Source: an uncultured bacterium
GTDB lineage: Bacteria > Verrucomicrobiota > Verrucomicrobiia > Limisphaerales > UBA8199
Length of the DNA stretch: 64,000 nucleotides
Reading direction: 5' to 3'
Assembly (NCBI GenBank): GCA_963749495.1
Contig: CAVVMW010000014.1
Coordinates: 512,001 to 576,000 of the forward strand
In this document: piece by piece, positions 42,425-52,146 of the stretch
Layout of the letters: every line of letters starts with the position of its first letter
Numbering within the stretch: position 1 is the stretch's first letter
Made by a program: the position numbers and the translations under genes
The notes under the pieces: generated by a model
Databases searched by the model: none
Told to the model about the DNA's origin: nothing
Seen by the model: the letters and a program-made list of their open reading frames with translations, nothing else

Positions 42425-42853
42425 TCACGGCTTCGCGCGGCGTTTTTCCCCTCTGGTCCAGATGACCTTCGGCTCAATGACGCGCCCGGCGGTGTCAATC
42501 CGAAACCGGCCGCCGCCGTGGCTGTCCGGGCAATGGTTGCTGCAGGTGTTGGCGTATCCGAATTCCAGGTACTCCTTGCCCTGCTTGCGGAGGAGCACGC
42601 CCATGGCGCGAAGAAATGCCTCCGGGATCTGGTCCAGGTCAACGTGATCCTCTCCGAAGATGTAAATCTCGGCGGCGCGGCGGTCGTACTCGACGGAGAG
42701 CAGCGAATCGGCGTGGGTGGCGCGCAGCCCGCGGCCGCCGTCGATCGCCTGAGGCTGTTCGCGGCCGAGCAGCGCCTTGATCAAAGCGTCGGCCTCTTCA
42801 GGGGCGCATTTGATCGCCTCTTGTGCGGTTATATCGGTGAAATAATCTGGCAT
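42425..42853 (-). CDS. Hypothetical protein, plasmid/phage type
   Basis: ATG at 42853; C-terminal YANTCS....DSHGGG motif. Confidence 0.6.
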   Translation of the reverse strand: MPDYFTDITAQEAIKCAPEEADALIKALLGREQPQAIDGGRGLRATHADSLLSVEYDRRAAEIYIFGEDHVDLDQIPEAFLRAMGVLLRKQGKEYLEFGYANTCSNHCPDSHGGGRFRIDTAGRVIEPKVIWTRGEKRRAKP

Positions 42854-42881
42854 GCGTTGAAGTCTGGCCGCGTTCCGCCGG

Positions 42882-43409
42882 TCATCGTGGGACCTCGACC
42901 AACCGCAGGGGCTTTGAATTGAGCAGGTCCCCAGGCTCGAAGCGGTAGCCCCACCTGTTCTCGCCTTCCTGGGTGAGCACGCCCGCAGCCTGCGAATCGA
43001 GAGAGGCGGAGTCTCCTGCCATCGGAGCGGTTTGCCTTGCGTTGGCGGAGGCGGCGGAGGCGCCAAATTGCCCGGTGCGGAGGGACAGGGCGTTTTCACG
43101 GACGAACGCCGGGAGACGGGGATCGTTTCGCAACGCGAACCGCTCGTAGTCATTGAGTTCACTCCAGTGTTTGGGGCGGTAGGTGTAGTATCCCAGGCTG
43201 TCGTGGTAATGCAGCCGGTAGGGCGGCTGCGGCGGCTTGTTGAGGTTGGCCCCCAGGGTGATATCCGTTTTCCACGCCGGATTCCCATCGGCGAAGCGGT
43301 CAATGAAGCGGTTATAGACAGACTCCAACGAGTCGCTGGCGGCAAGGGACGGGAATCCGCCGATCACGAGCAGGGTCAGGATGGCAAACGTCTTTCTCAC
43401 ACTCTTCAT
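42882..43409 (-). CDS. Secreted hypothetical protein
   Basis: Signal peptide MKSVRKTFAILTLLVIGGFPSLA. Confidence 0.6.
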   Translation of the reverse strand: MKSVRKTFAILTLLVIGGFPSLAASDSLESVYNRFIDRFADGNPAWKTDITLGANLNKPPQPPYRLHYHDSLGYYTYRPKHWSELNDYERFALRNDPRLPAFVRENALSLRTGQFGASAASANARQTAPMAGDSASLDSQAAGVLTQEGENRWGYRFEPGDLLNSKPLRLVEVPR

Positions 43410-43527
43410 TATAAAGCCGGCTTCATTCTTTTGGCCCCGTTCCGTTGGGTTTCCTGGGGGCTCGCGGGCGGCAGGGCCGATCCCGCGTGGGTACGGGGCG
43501 CGGTTTCAAGCAAGATCCTGCAGCACT

Positions 43528-44001
43528 TCAATTCGGGCAGTTCAGGCGCGCAGGCTTGGGTCCGGCCTGCAATTCCTGCACCCCCAAACTGAGCTTGATC
43601 ACGGCTCGTTGGAGCGCCTCCACGCGGCCGAGCGTTTGCGACAGGTTCGTCTCGAGGAGACTGCAGGATTCTGTCAGGGTTCTGGTGCCGGTTTCCTGCC
43701 CGTTGGCGCGCAGGTCAAACTCCGTCATCTTGGCGTAGAGGTTGGTCAGGTCCCGGCTTTGTTGGACGGCTGCCGCTTGGAGATTGCTCAACGCCAGGGC
43801 CAATTGAGTCTCGGCCTGCACGAGCTTGTTGTACTCTGATATCGGCACGAATAGGGTCCGATCGTTTGCAGCGTTGAAGTCTGGTTTCGAGGCTGCGATG
43901 CGCTGCGCGCCAGGCGGGTAAGTCAGAAGACAGGCTCCCAGGCCCAGCGCGACCACGATCCCCACCCCGAGCAGAACTCTTTTACGCTGCTTCAAATTCA
44001 T
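43528..44001 (-). CDS. Membrane-anchored coiled-coil protein
   Basis: Basic N-terminus, TM helix, heptad-rich remainder. Confidence 0.65.
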   Translation of the reverse strand: MNLKQRKRVLLGVGIVVALGLGACLLTYPPGAQRIAASKPDFNAANDRTLFVPISEYNKLVQAETQLALALSNLQAAAVQQSRDLTNLYAKMTEFDLRANGQETGTRTLTESCSLLETNLSQTLGRVEALQRAVIKLSLGVQELQAGPKPARLNCPN

Positions 44002-44093
44002 TTATCCTGCCGCGCCGTTTGACCTGCGGCCTGGGTTGTTCGCTCTTATGGGGAAGGCTCCTGACGCCCTCCCCGTTTCGTTGGCTGCCGAGA

Positions 44094-45317
44094 TCATGCG
44101 GCCAGCGCCAGCGTCTTGAGCACGTCCGGCGTAAACTCGACCACGGCGCTCATGGTGGCGGGACTGACCAGGGACCGGGCAATCAGTTTGCGGACCACCT
44201 CCTCGCCGACATCCTTGAACTTCGGGCCCAGTTTTTGCACGAAGGCGACGTACATTTGGTCGGCCGGGGCCAACTCCGCCGGTTCTTCCGCTGGCACGGG
44301 CAGTTTGGTTGTCGCGGCGGCAGGAGCGCCGTTGGGGCCCGGCGCAGCGCCAGTGGTTCCCTTCGCGGCCCCGTTGCCGGCACCGTTCTGCGGCTGAGGA
44401 ACTGCCGTGGAAGCTGACCGCGATCTGCGTCCGTTGCCGTTGAGGGCGTTTGCGATGGCTTTCTCGGCGTGCGGCCAAAGGTCCGGCGGGAGGAACGTTC
44501 GGATGAGATCGATCTGTTGGTTGACTGTTTGCCGGACGAGGCTCTCCTGAAGGTTCGGAGCGCAGCGGAGTTGCTCGGCGTATTGCGGCAGCGCGACGAA
44601 TTTTTTGCTGCCCGGCCGTTCCTCGAACCTGCCCAAAGGCATCGTGCGGTCGGCAGGTGTAAACGTGGCTGTGACGCCGATCGTGCCGGCGTTGGCCAGA
44701 CTGCACTTGATCAGTCGCCCGTCCACGGGGTCGAAGATGGAGCCCCAGCGCAGAGAGCCATTGGCCTTCGGATCCATCGGGTCGATGGTCTTCTCGCTGG
44801 GCAGATTGATGAGCGCATCGCCCCAGGAAGGCCGGTAGGGTTTGCCCCTGCGCGGCGCGCGGCCCAGAGTGACCTGGGCGATGCCGAACGGGCCCAGGGT
44901 GTTCTCGAACTTGGCGGCGACCAGAAGCGCCCGGCGCTGTTCGTCGAAGCGGAAGCCCTCCGGGTTGTCCATGGTCCACATGCAAGGCTTGGTATCCGGG
45001 TTCTGATACAGGTAAATCTGCACGATGCGGAACAGGTTGGGCTGCCCGAAGAGTTCCTGGTGGATGACTCGCGCGACCTTGTCGCCGCAATGCATCTTGT
45101 AAAAACCCACCGCAATGTACCAGGGGTTCTTATAGGGGTTGATGAACCTCACCCAGTTGTCGCCCTCCGCGAAGGCGATGCGGGGAACGTTGTTCTTGAT
45201 GAGGTCGCTGACGACCTTGGTGGTCTGGTTGGGATTGCTCTGAGTCGCCGCCTCTTCCGCGCTGGTCGCGCCGTACATTTCGGCCAAGTCGTTCGGTCCG
45301 GGTGGTGTACCATTCAT
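44094..45317 (-). CDS. Hypothetical protein, possibly a phage gp32-like ssDNA-binding protein
   Basis: FAEGDNWVRFINP, aromatic-rich core, IFDPVDGR, low-complexity linker; context among helicases. Confidence 0.45.
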   Translation of the reverse strand: MNGTPPGPNDLAEMYGATSAEEAATQSNPNQTTKVVSDLIKNNVPRIAFAEGDNWVRFINPYKNPWYIAVGFYKMHCGDKVARVIHQELFGQPNLFRIVQIYLYQNPDTKPCMWTMDNPEGFRFDEQRRALLVAAKFENTLGPFGIAQVTLGRAPRRGKPYRPSWGDALINLPSEKTIDPMDPKANGSLRWGSIFDPVDGRLIKCSLANAGTIGVTATFTPADRTMPLGRFEERPGSKKFVALPQYAEQLRCAPNLQESLVRQTVNQQIDLIRTFLPPDLWPHAEKAIANALNGNGRRSRSASTAVPQPQNGAGNGAAKGTTGAAPGPNGAPAAATTKLPVPAEEPAELAPADQMYVAFVQKLGPKFKDVGEEVVRKLIARSLVSPATMSAVVEFTPDVLKTLALAA

Positions 45318-45404
45318 AAACAAGTGCTTTTTGTCTCTGTTTGGCGGCGTTCTCGTGGTCGCGCCCATCCCTCCATTGTAGGGCTGTGCAACCCTTGTTG
45401 AGGC

Positions 45405-46883
45405 CTAACCTTCCGGAAACGCCCCGAGTTCTGGCAGGAGGGGCGCCTGCTCGAAGGGGAGATCATCAACGACCTCCCTGGAAAACATGTAGGTGACCTG
45501 CCACCCCAGCTTGTTCGCCTTTTGAAGCTTGCTCACGCCAAGGTTGAACAGGGGCTGGGATGCCAGGCAGAGCAACATCAGGCAGATGCCAGGGCGGGGG
45601 TTATCGGCGCCCCGAGCGGCAAGTCCCGCGCGTTGAATCACAAGGTCAAGCAACGGCTTGCGAGAGCAGTCGATGAGATAATCCATGTCGAGCATGCCAA
45701 TATCCTCAGGCTGGCCATCAGCCCACAGCACGCGCCGTATTTCGCCCGCCCTCAGCCGGTTCAGGGCGTCCAGCCTGCGTTCCGGACTTTGCCGGCTGTG
45801 GACAAGGGTGTATTGCGGCAACTGGCGGTGGAGGATGATGCCAAGGCGCCATGTGTCCGCCAACACCACCGCCTTCGCCGCACCCGGCAGGTTCTCGTCG
45901 ATTCCCCTCAAAGTTGCGCCCAAGGCCGGGTTTTTCAGGTAGGCCGCGCTCATCATGCCGTGGAAGGACAAGCCGTCGGGGATGGGCCGGGGTGTCACCA
46001 GCGGAAACACGAACATCCGCGGGGGGGCATTCCCCTTTTCCCCATCCCCCGGCTGAAGCTCCAGTCCTTCGCCGCATTTTTCGGTGAACAAGGCCGGTCC
46101 GAAAACCACGAAATTGAGGTGGTGCGAGTTGTCTGCGCGGACCGGCGTGGCAGTCAAGCCCCAGCAATAGGTCGTTCGGAACTGATTGAGAAAGGGGATT
46201 CGACCAGGCTCTGGAAGCCTGTGGACCTCGTCGCACAGCCAGGCGTCGAAATCGCGCAGCCCGTATCCGCAATAAGCCATGTCCCCCTGAACGAAATCCT
46301 TCAATGCATCCAGGTGAGTGACTATGACCCGGCCGGTCTGGGAGAGGGGTGCCGCATGGATGCCGGTCTTCTCCCCGGGCAATGCCGCCGCCAGGGCTGC
46401 GTGAATCTGCTGGACTGCCGTTTTGTCGTCCGTGGTGACCAAGACTTTGAAATGCCGCGGCAACATCTGGACCAGCCCGCAAATAATGGGGGTGGTGCCG
46501 ACGCCCGGAGAAACCACCACGATTCCGGAGGCGCGCGTTTGGGCGATCACCTCCAACGCCCGGTACGAGGACGCTGGATAGCCAGCCTGGTTGACCCGGC
46601 AAAGGTCCAGCGGCGGGCGCAACCGTTGATCTTTGATTTCGAGCGCCACGTTCAGCCTGTGGGCAGCAGCCGCCACCAGATGCAGGGCATTGGGGTAAGT
46701 GCGGCACGTCTTTGTCTGGGCGTCGTAACAAGCATAGGCAACCGGCTCGGGCGTGGTCCTGATGTGGCCATTTTCAAAGGCAACGTCCTGGCGCACGTAA
46801 ATCAGCGCCCCGGCCAATTCCGGCGGGCACTCCTGGATCGTCAGCGAACTCCGCGTCACCGTCACTGGAATGCCGTTGCTCAT
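45405..46883 (-). CDS. SF2 helicase homologue (UvsW/Ssl2-like) with degenerate Walker A and motif VI
   Basis: SPGVGTT, DEVH, GLTATP.RAD, IQRAGLAAR. Confidence 0.75.
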   Translation of the reverse strand: MSNGIPVTVTRSSLTIQECPPELAGALIYVRQDVAFENGHIRTTPEPVAYACYDAQTKTCRTYPNALHLVAAAAHRLNVALEIKDQRLRPPLDLCRVNQAGYPASSYRALEVIAQTRASGIVVVSPGVGTTPIICGLVQMLPRHFKVLVTTDDKTAVQQIHAALAAALPGEKTGIHAAPLSQTGRVIVTHLDALKDFVQGDMAYCGYGLRDFDAWLCDEVHRLPEPGRIPFLNQFRTTYCWGLTATPVRADNSHHLNFVVFGPALFTEKCGEGLELQPGDGEKGNAPPRMFVFPLVTPRPIPDGLSFHGMMSAAYLKNPALGATLRGIDENLPGAAKAVVLADTWRLGIILHRQLPQYTLVHSRQSPERRLDALNRLRAGEIRRVLWADGQPEDIGMLDMDYLIDCSRKPLLDLVIQRAGLAARGADNPRPGICLMLLCLASQPLFNLGVSKLQKANKLGWQVTYMFSREVVDDLPFEQAPLLPELGAFPEG

Positions 46884-48958
46884 CCGGACGCCGGCTCTGC
46901 CTCCGCTTTGGGGTCATGGATTGACGGGAGGCTGATGAAGTAGGACCGCACCCGGTGCGGATTGACCGAATAAAAGGGATCGTGCCCCGGGTCTTTTACG
47001 TTCTGGAGGAAAGGGGCTGTTTTCGGATCGTCAGCGAACCGGCTCACGTTGCCCCGGACGCGGAACTCGCCCGACTGGTAGTGGTGCGAACAGGTCACAT
47101 AGAGGTATTTTCTGGCGCGCGAACACGCAACGTAGTAGAGACGGCGCTCTTCCTCAACCTGATTACGTTCCAGGCCAAAACCGGGCGACGGGAAAACCTT
47201 CTCGGTGTTGCCGATGACGAAAACGGCGGTCCACTCCAGCCCTTTGGCGGAATGAATGGTGGAGAGCGTCAGCCCGCGGAACACCTCCTTTTGATCCCGG
47301 CTGGTCACCAGTTCACTGATAAAGTCCTTCACCAGGCCGATGTAGCTGGTGGAGAGCTCGATGATATAGTTCTGGATGTCCGCGATATGATCTTCCATGC
47401 GCTCCGGCAACTGAGCGGCGCTCTTGACCTTGACCATGCGCGGGGACACGTGGAAATAGCGGGCGTAAATGTTGCGGAAGCTGGGCAGCACTGCACTGAG
47501 GTAATCTTTGACGGGTCCCTTGGGAACTTGCGCCGCCGCAATCATGTCGCGCCAGAAGTTCATCAGGCTTTCGAACCGCTTCCGGCGGCCCAGAGAGAAC
47601 ACGGGTGGCCGCGCCCAGGTCCAGTTGCCCTGGCCGGCTTGCAGGTCGCGAATGATGACCTGGGTCAGGTGCTCGCCAATGTTGGGAACCGCCGGGAGCA
47701 GCACCTCCCAGGCCAGCCAGTCGTGAGGGTTTTCCAGCAGCTCCAGAAACGAGATGAAGAACTGGATGTGCTGCAGGTCAACGAACTTGATGCCGCCTTC
47801 CCGGGTATAGGGCGTCCCCATGCGGTGCAACTGATGCTCGAGCTCTACGGCAATGTGCCCGACGCGGGTCAAGATCGCGATTTGCTCCAGCGGCACCTGC
47901 TCGTTTTTGGCCAACGCTTCGATTTCGCTGGTGACCCACTCGGCCTCCTGCCGTCCCTTGAGGAAGACGGCGCGCTTGGGTTTCACCTCGCAATGCGGCC
48001 CGCGGCTCACCAGCGTTTTGGTCAGGGCGCCTTCGCAGGTGGCGTTGATCGCGTTGATGTAACCCACCACGGGCGGGCTGCTGCGGTAATTCTCGGTGAG
48101 CACCACCGTGTCCGCTCCGGGGAAGTCCTGGGCAAAGTTGCGGATGTTATCCACCTGGGACCCCTGGAAAGAGTAGATGGACTGGGTGTCGTCCCCCACG
48201 ACACTCAGAAAGGACTCCGGGGTGATCAACAACCGTAGGATGGCGACCTGAACATGATTGGTGTCCTGATACTCATCAACGTAGATGTGGGAAAACTGAA
48301 ACTGGATGATCTGGCGGACGTCCTGGTACTCCTGCAAGGCGCGCATGAAATTGTAGAGGAGGTCGTTGAAGTCAAAAACCCGGTAGTGCGTTTTCAGCCC
48401 ATCGTAAACTTCGCCGGCGCCCCGGGCGATTTCCGTCAGTTCCGCTTCCAGTTTCCGCACCTCCTCGGACGTGCCGGCCAGAAACCTTGGCTCCAGGTTC
48501 AGCTTGGTCTTGCGCTCATACAACTCCAAGAGGTCCGGCCCCTGCAGCCGGTGAGCCCGCAGCAATGCGGCCATTTCCGGGTGGGCGGTTGTGTACTGGC
48601 TGCAAGCCTCCTTGCGCAGCCGGTTGGCGTGATGCTCCGGCAGGACTTTGTGGGGCGGCAATATCCCTTTGGTGCACAATTCCTGCTGGGTCAGCCGGTA
48701 ACACAAGCCGTGAAAAGTGCCGCTGCGGATGTCGGCCTTGAGGGAGAGCTTGCCCCGGATGCGCTGGCTCATGTTGTTGGCCGCCTTGTTCGTGTAGGTG
48801 AACATGAGGACCTGGGAAGCCGGCAACTCCCTGCGCTCGATGAAGTGCGCGATTCGCTCCGTCAAGGTTTCGGTCTTGCCGGTGCCGGGCCCCGCCAAGA
48901 TCAGCAGGCGGCGGCTCGCGCTGGTGACCGCCGCCATCTGGGCAGCATTCAGTTCCAT
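46880..48958 (-). CDS. UvrD/PcrA/Rep SF1 helicase, motifs intact
   Basis: AGPGTGKT, TYTNKAA, TFH, VDEYQDTN, VGDDTQSIYSF, NYRS, STIHSAKGLEW, EERRLYYVACSRA. Confidence 0.95.
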   Translation of the reverse strand: MELNAAQMAAVTSASRRLLILAGPGTGKTETLTERIAHFIERRELPASQVLMFTYTNKAANNMSQRIRGKLSLKADIRSGTFHGLCYRLTQQELCTKGILPPHKVLPEHHANRLRKEACSQYTTAHPEMAALLRAHRLQGPDLLELYERKTKLNLEPRFLAGTSEEVRKLEAELTEIARGAGEVYDGLKTHYRVFDFNDLLYNFMRALQEYQDVRQIIQFQFSHIYVDEYQDTNHVQVAILRLLITPESFLSVVGDDTQSIYSFQGSQVDNIRNFAQDFPGADTVVLTENYRSSPPVVGYINAINATCEGALTKTLVSRGPHCEVKPKRAVFLKGRQEAEWVTSEIEALAKNEQVPLEQIAILTRVGHIAVELEHQLHRMGTPYTREGGIKFVDLQHIQFFISFLELLENPHDWLAWEVLLPAVPNIGEHLTQVIIRDLQAGQGNWTWARPPVFSLGRRKRFESLMNFWRDMIAAAQVPKGPVKDYLSAVLPSFRNIYARYFHVSPRMVKVKSAAQLPERMEDHIADIQNYIIELSTSYIGLVKDFISELVTSRDQKEVFRGLTLSTIHSAKGLEWTAVFVIGNTEKVFPSPGFGLERNQVEEERRLYYVACSRARKYLYVTCSHHYQSGEFRVRGNVSRFADDPKTAPFLQNVKDPGHDPFYSVNPHRVRSYFISLPSIHDPKAEAEPASG

Positions 48959-48995
48959 GCTTCGAGTTGTTGTTCGGCAAGGTTTCACCCGGCTC

Positions 48996-49985
48996 TCATC
49001 GGGATCTGTGGTCTTGCGCGTAGAAGTCGATCCATTCCGTCCACCAGGGATTGGTGTTTTTCTGGCGCACACGCTCGAAGAGCTGGCCGGCGTCCGGCGG
49101 CTCCAGTTCCACCAGGTACTGCACGGTCCAGGGGGCGCTTTCCAGGAGCTTGTCCACCAGCAGGTCGCGAGGACCGCGGCGCACCCACTTGAGCCAGTTG
49201 TAGATCCACACCGGGCTCTCCAGAATGCTCTTGAGCAGGGGTTCGCAGTCGGCCGCTGGATGCTCCAACGCGGTCAGGAAGGCGTACCACGCATTGCCGC
49301 CGATGGTCGGCAGATGCTTGAGGATTGTGGCCGTGCGCTCTTCCTGGGGCAGGTGGTGGGTCTGCAGCCAATGGTGGCAATGCGCGGAGCCCGCATCGTG
49401 GTTTTTCAAGCTGACAATGACCTGGAGGATGCGGCGAAAGAACTCGTCATTGAACTTGCGCTTCAGCCAGAGGATGGACCAATGAGGGCTGTGGAGAAGC
49501 AGCATCTGCTCCATGTCCTTGATGCTGACGATGTCCCCGCTGGACAACTGGAAGGGAGCAGGCGCCCCGGCGCGGCTCCGTTGCTGCTGATTCTCGACCA
49601 GCAGATGGTAGATGTACTCCGGATTCGATTGCAGGATGTCGAGAAGCGACTTGTCCTCCTGCGGTCTCTGACGGTAGGCATGGAAAGCGAGGTAGGCGTG
49701 CTCGAAGAGGATGGCGGCGCAGTCAACCGGCATTTCAAACTCGTCCCCGACGCGGAAGAGCACGATAGGCATGGCGCTTAGGGCCTGCTTGAAATCCTCC
49801 GGCAGGAAATAATTGGGCGCCTCGATCGCCTTGAGGGCGTGCCAGCGCAGCTCCTCCTTCAGCTTCGCGATATACTTCTCCAAACGCTGCACTGCCTGAG
49901 GATCGGCGGCCCCGCGGTGGAGGCCGAAGAAGGCCAGCGGAATCTTCAGGATATGGAGGTCGTCGCTCGAGTCGTCAGCGGCCAT
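48996..49985 (-). CDS. Hypothetical alpha-helical, Trp-rich protein
   Basis: 329-aa ORF tightly packed in the operon. Confidence 0.7.
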   Translation of the reverse strand: MAADDSSDDLHILKIPLAFFGLHRGAADPQAVQRLEKYIAKLKEELRWHALKAIEAPNYFLPEDFKQALSAMPIVLFRVGDEFEMPVDCAAILFEHAYLAFHAYRQRPQEDKSLLDILQSNPEYIYHLLVENQQQRSRAGAPAPFQLSSGDIVSIKDMEQMLLLHSPHWSILWLKRKFNDEFFRRILQVIVSLKNHDAGSAHCHHWLQTHHLPQEERTATILKHLPTIGGNAWYAFLTALEHPAADCEPLLKSILESPVWIYNWLKWVRRGPRDLLVDKLLESAPWTVQYLVELEPPDAGQLFERVRQKNTNPWWTEWIDFYAQDHRSR

Positions 49986-50838
49986 AACCCTTGCCCGTCG
50001 AACCTTTCAACAGCGGCGCGTAGGCGCTGTAGAGTTGGCTGCACTGGTCAAAGCCACGGATGATGACCAGCGCGTGTTCGCCTCGCGCGGAATCCTGCTG
50101 GTCATAGGGATAAGTGCCGACCAAGGCTACCGCTTTCCTGGTGCGATTATTGAAGGCGAGCAGCACTTGCGAGCGGATCGGCATGGAAACTCCCCGCACC
50201 TCCGTAAACTGATATTCGCGCAGGGGCGATCGCGGGTCCGATAGCTGGGATTTGCCGCAGTCGTCCGGTCCGAGCACCAGCTTGACGGCAGCGATCTGCG
50301 AAAGGGCGCTCAGATACTCAACGACCTCCTTTTTCGCGAGCTGGTGCCCGACGAATAGGCAGTTGTCGGGCTTGAGATCGTCGATTTCTTTCAACAACCG
50401 GGCGGTGATTTCCGCGCTTCTTTGGCCACCCAAGGCCTCGCTGGCAACAAACTCAACCGGGCTGGGCGAGTTGTGGGCGATGATTTCCCGAAGGTGAGCA
50501 GCCAAGTATTGTTGGGTCAGGGCGTAAAGCGCGCTGGCCAGCAAAATTCCCCAAAGCTGAATCCATAGCCAAAAGCGCGGCGGCTTGGGCTTCGCCGGAG
50601 CCGCAGCCGGGCTTTCGTTGGCTTTCTTGACCGCCTCTAGCTCAGCTACGGCCTCGTCCACGGCGGCAGTTTGGCTGCGGGCAAGGGCCTCTCTGAGTTT
50701 TCGGTAGGAAGGATGATCCTCCCCCACACGCCGGTATTTCGCCAGCAACCCCTCGCCGCCGCGCGTTTCGGCGGGGCCTTGTGGCGTGGGGCGCGGCGCT
50801 TCCGCCGACGCGCCTGGGTCTGGTCTGTCCTGTGGCAT
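49975..50838 (-). CDS. Single-pass membrane protein with a possible PLD-like domain lacking HxK
   Basis: TM FWLWIQLWGILLASALYAL; VKLVLG, IRSQVLL..VALVGTYPY...GEHALVI parallels the PLD pattern. Confidence 0.5.
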   Translation of the reverse strand: MPQDRPDPGASAEAPRPTPQGPAETRGGEGLLAKYRRVGEDHPSYRKLREALARSQTAAVDEAVAELEAVKKANESPAAAPAKPKPPRFWLWIQLWGILLASALYALTQQYLAAHLREIIAHNSPSPVEFVASEALGGQRSAEITARLLKEIDDLKPDNCLFVGHQLAKKEVVEYLSALSQIAAVKLVLGPDDCGKSQLSDPRSPLREYQFTEVRGVSMPIRSQVLLAFNNRTRKAVALVGTYPYDQQDSARGEHALVIIRGFDQCSQLYSAYAPLLKGSTGKGYGR

Positions 50839-51007
50839 ATCTGCTCATCGCCCATCGAAGGGTTTACCCCATTATATTGCCGAGAACATGCTCGACCGTA
50901 GCTTTCTTGCTGCTGTTTTGGGATGGCCTGGATTTGGCGCCGTTGCACAATGGCCCTCGGGTTAGATAGCAATTTCATCGCCGGCAGCGCGCGTTTATCC
51001 TGTCTGC

Positions 51008-51275
51008 ATGCCTCCTGACCAAATGAAGGGCGAGCGACTTTCCGCGCTTCGTCCGTTGTTTGAGGAGTTCCTCCGCGGCAAGGAAAAGTTCACCGTGGAG
51101 TTTCCATTTCAACCGTCCCGGCGGTGGCAGCAGTTCTTCATCAAGATCAGACAGCCCCACCTTTGCTTCCATTGCCTCCGGGTCACTTACGTCAATCGGC
51201 TCCGCCGGGCTGGGGTACCCCGCGAGGCGGCCATGCGCCTGGTGAACCATTCATCCGAGCTGGTCCATCAGAATT
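51008..51275 (+). pseudogene. C-terminal fragment of a tyrosine recombinase/integrase
   Basis: CFHCLRVTYV.RL...GVP...AMRLVNHSS..VHQ; cut before the catalytic Tyr. Confidence 0.8.
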
Positions 51276-52146
51276 CGATCCGGAATTCCCTGGCGAGGAT
51301 GTTGGCCGTCATGCTGGCAATTTTGGGCCGACGCCATCGAACTCGAACAGACGATAGACTACCTCCGAACTCGATGGTTTTCCGCGCCAAACGAAACTGA
51401 AGGGGGGGCTGAACTCAAAAGGGCGCTGGTTGGAACCCTGCAACCAACTGTCCGATAAGGGCTTGCGGAGGATGAAAAACAGCGGATGGCGGCAGGACTC
51501 TCAGCCAAAAGTCTCAGGTGATCCCCCCGCGTCACAGGCTGGCACGCGCATCCCGTGAGGCTGACGGGGACTGCAGGGCCGGAGGGCGCAGCACGGGCCA
51601 CGGGGCATTCCGACCGGATGGGTGGCGATAAGCTGTCCTCAACCAGACGCGCCAGCCCGGACCTCCGCGCGGATGGGGGAGGGCAGACCCGAGCGGCCAG
51701 CACGCCACTCTCCGCTGGGAGGTCATCGGCAGGGCGTCCCATCGGGAACTCGTGCAGCACAGTCTCACCCTGCACGAGGCTCAAAGTCCCCGCGCACACG
51801 CGAAGGCGACTCCCAAGCCCCACGCACGTCGATACGGAGTCCTTGGGGAACCCTGACGCTCTCGCTTGCCGGGCACTTGGGAGACCCAGCACTCCCATGC
51901 GCTCCCTTGTGGCTTCCCGAACTTGGCCCTTCTGGCGAAGAATCAACTCGCCGGCCAGTCGAGACCGCTCGCAGTTGGGTAACCAGGTGCCCACCTCGCC
52001 CAGACCGTCAATCGCCTCGTTCCCTTTTTGAGACTGGCCCGCAATCTCCATGGCGCGTCAATTGGTCCAAACATGCGGTTAGGCGCAGGTCTTGCCGGTT
52101 GGATTGGCGTTGGGATGGCGGCTCGGAAGCTCGCCAGCATTGCCCC

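Noticed and set aside
9664..48958. Druantia system (DUF4338 plus helicases)
   Set aside because: Both DUF4338 genes lie inside IS ends; no very large DruE-type helicase or DruB-D recognisable
51280..52140. Possible att site, tRNA or riboswitch next to the integrase stub
   Set aside because: No tRNA and no matching direct repeat found by eye
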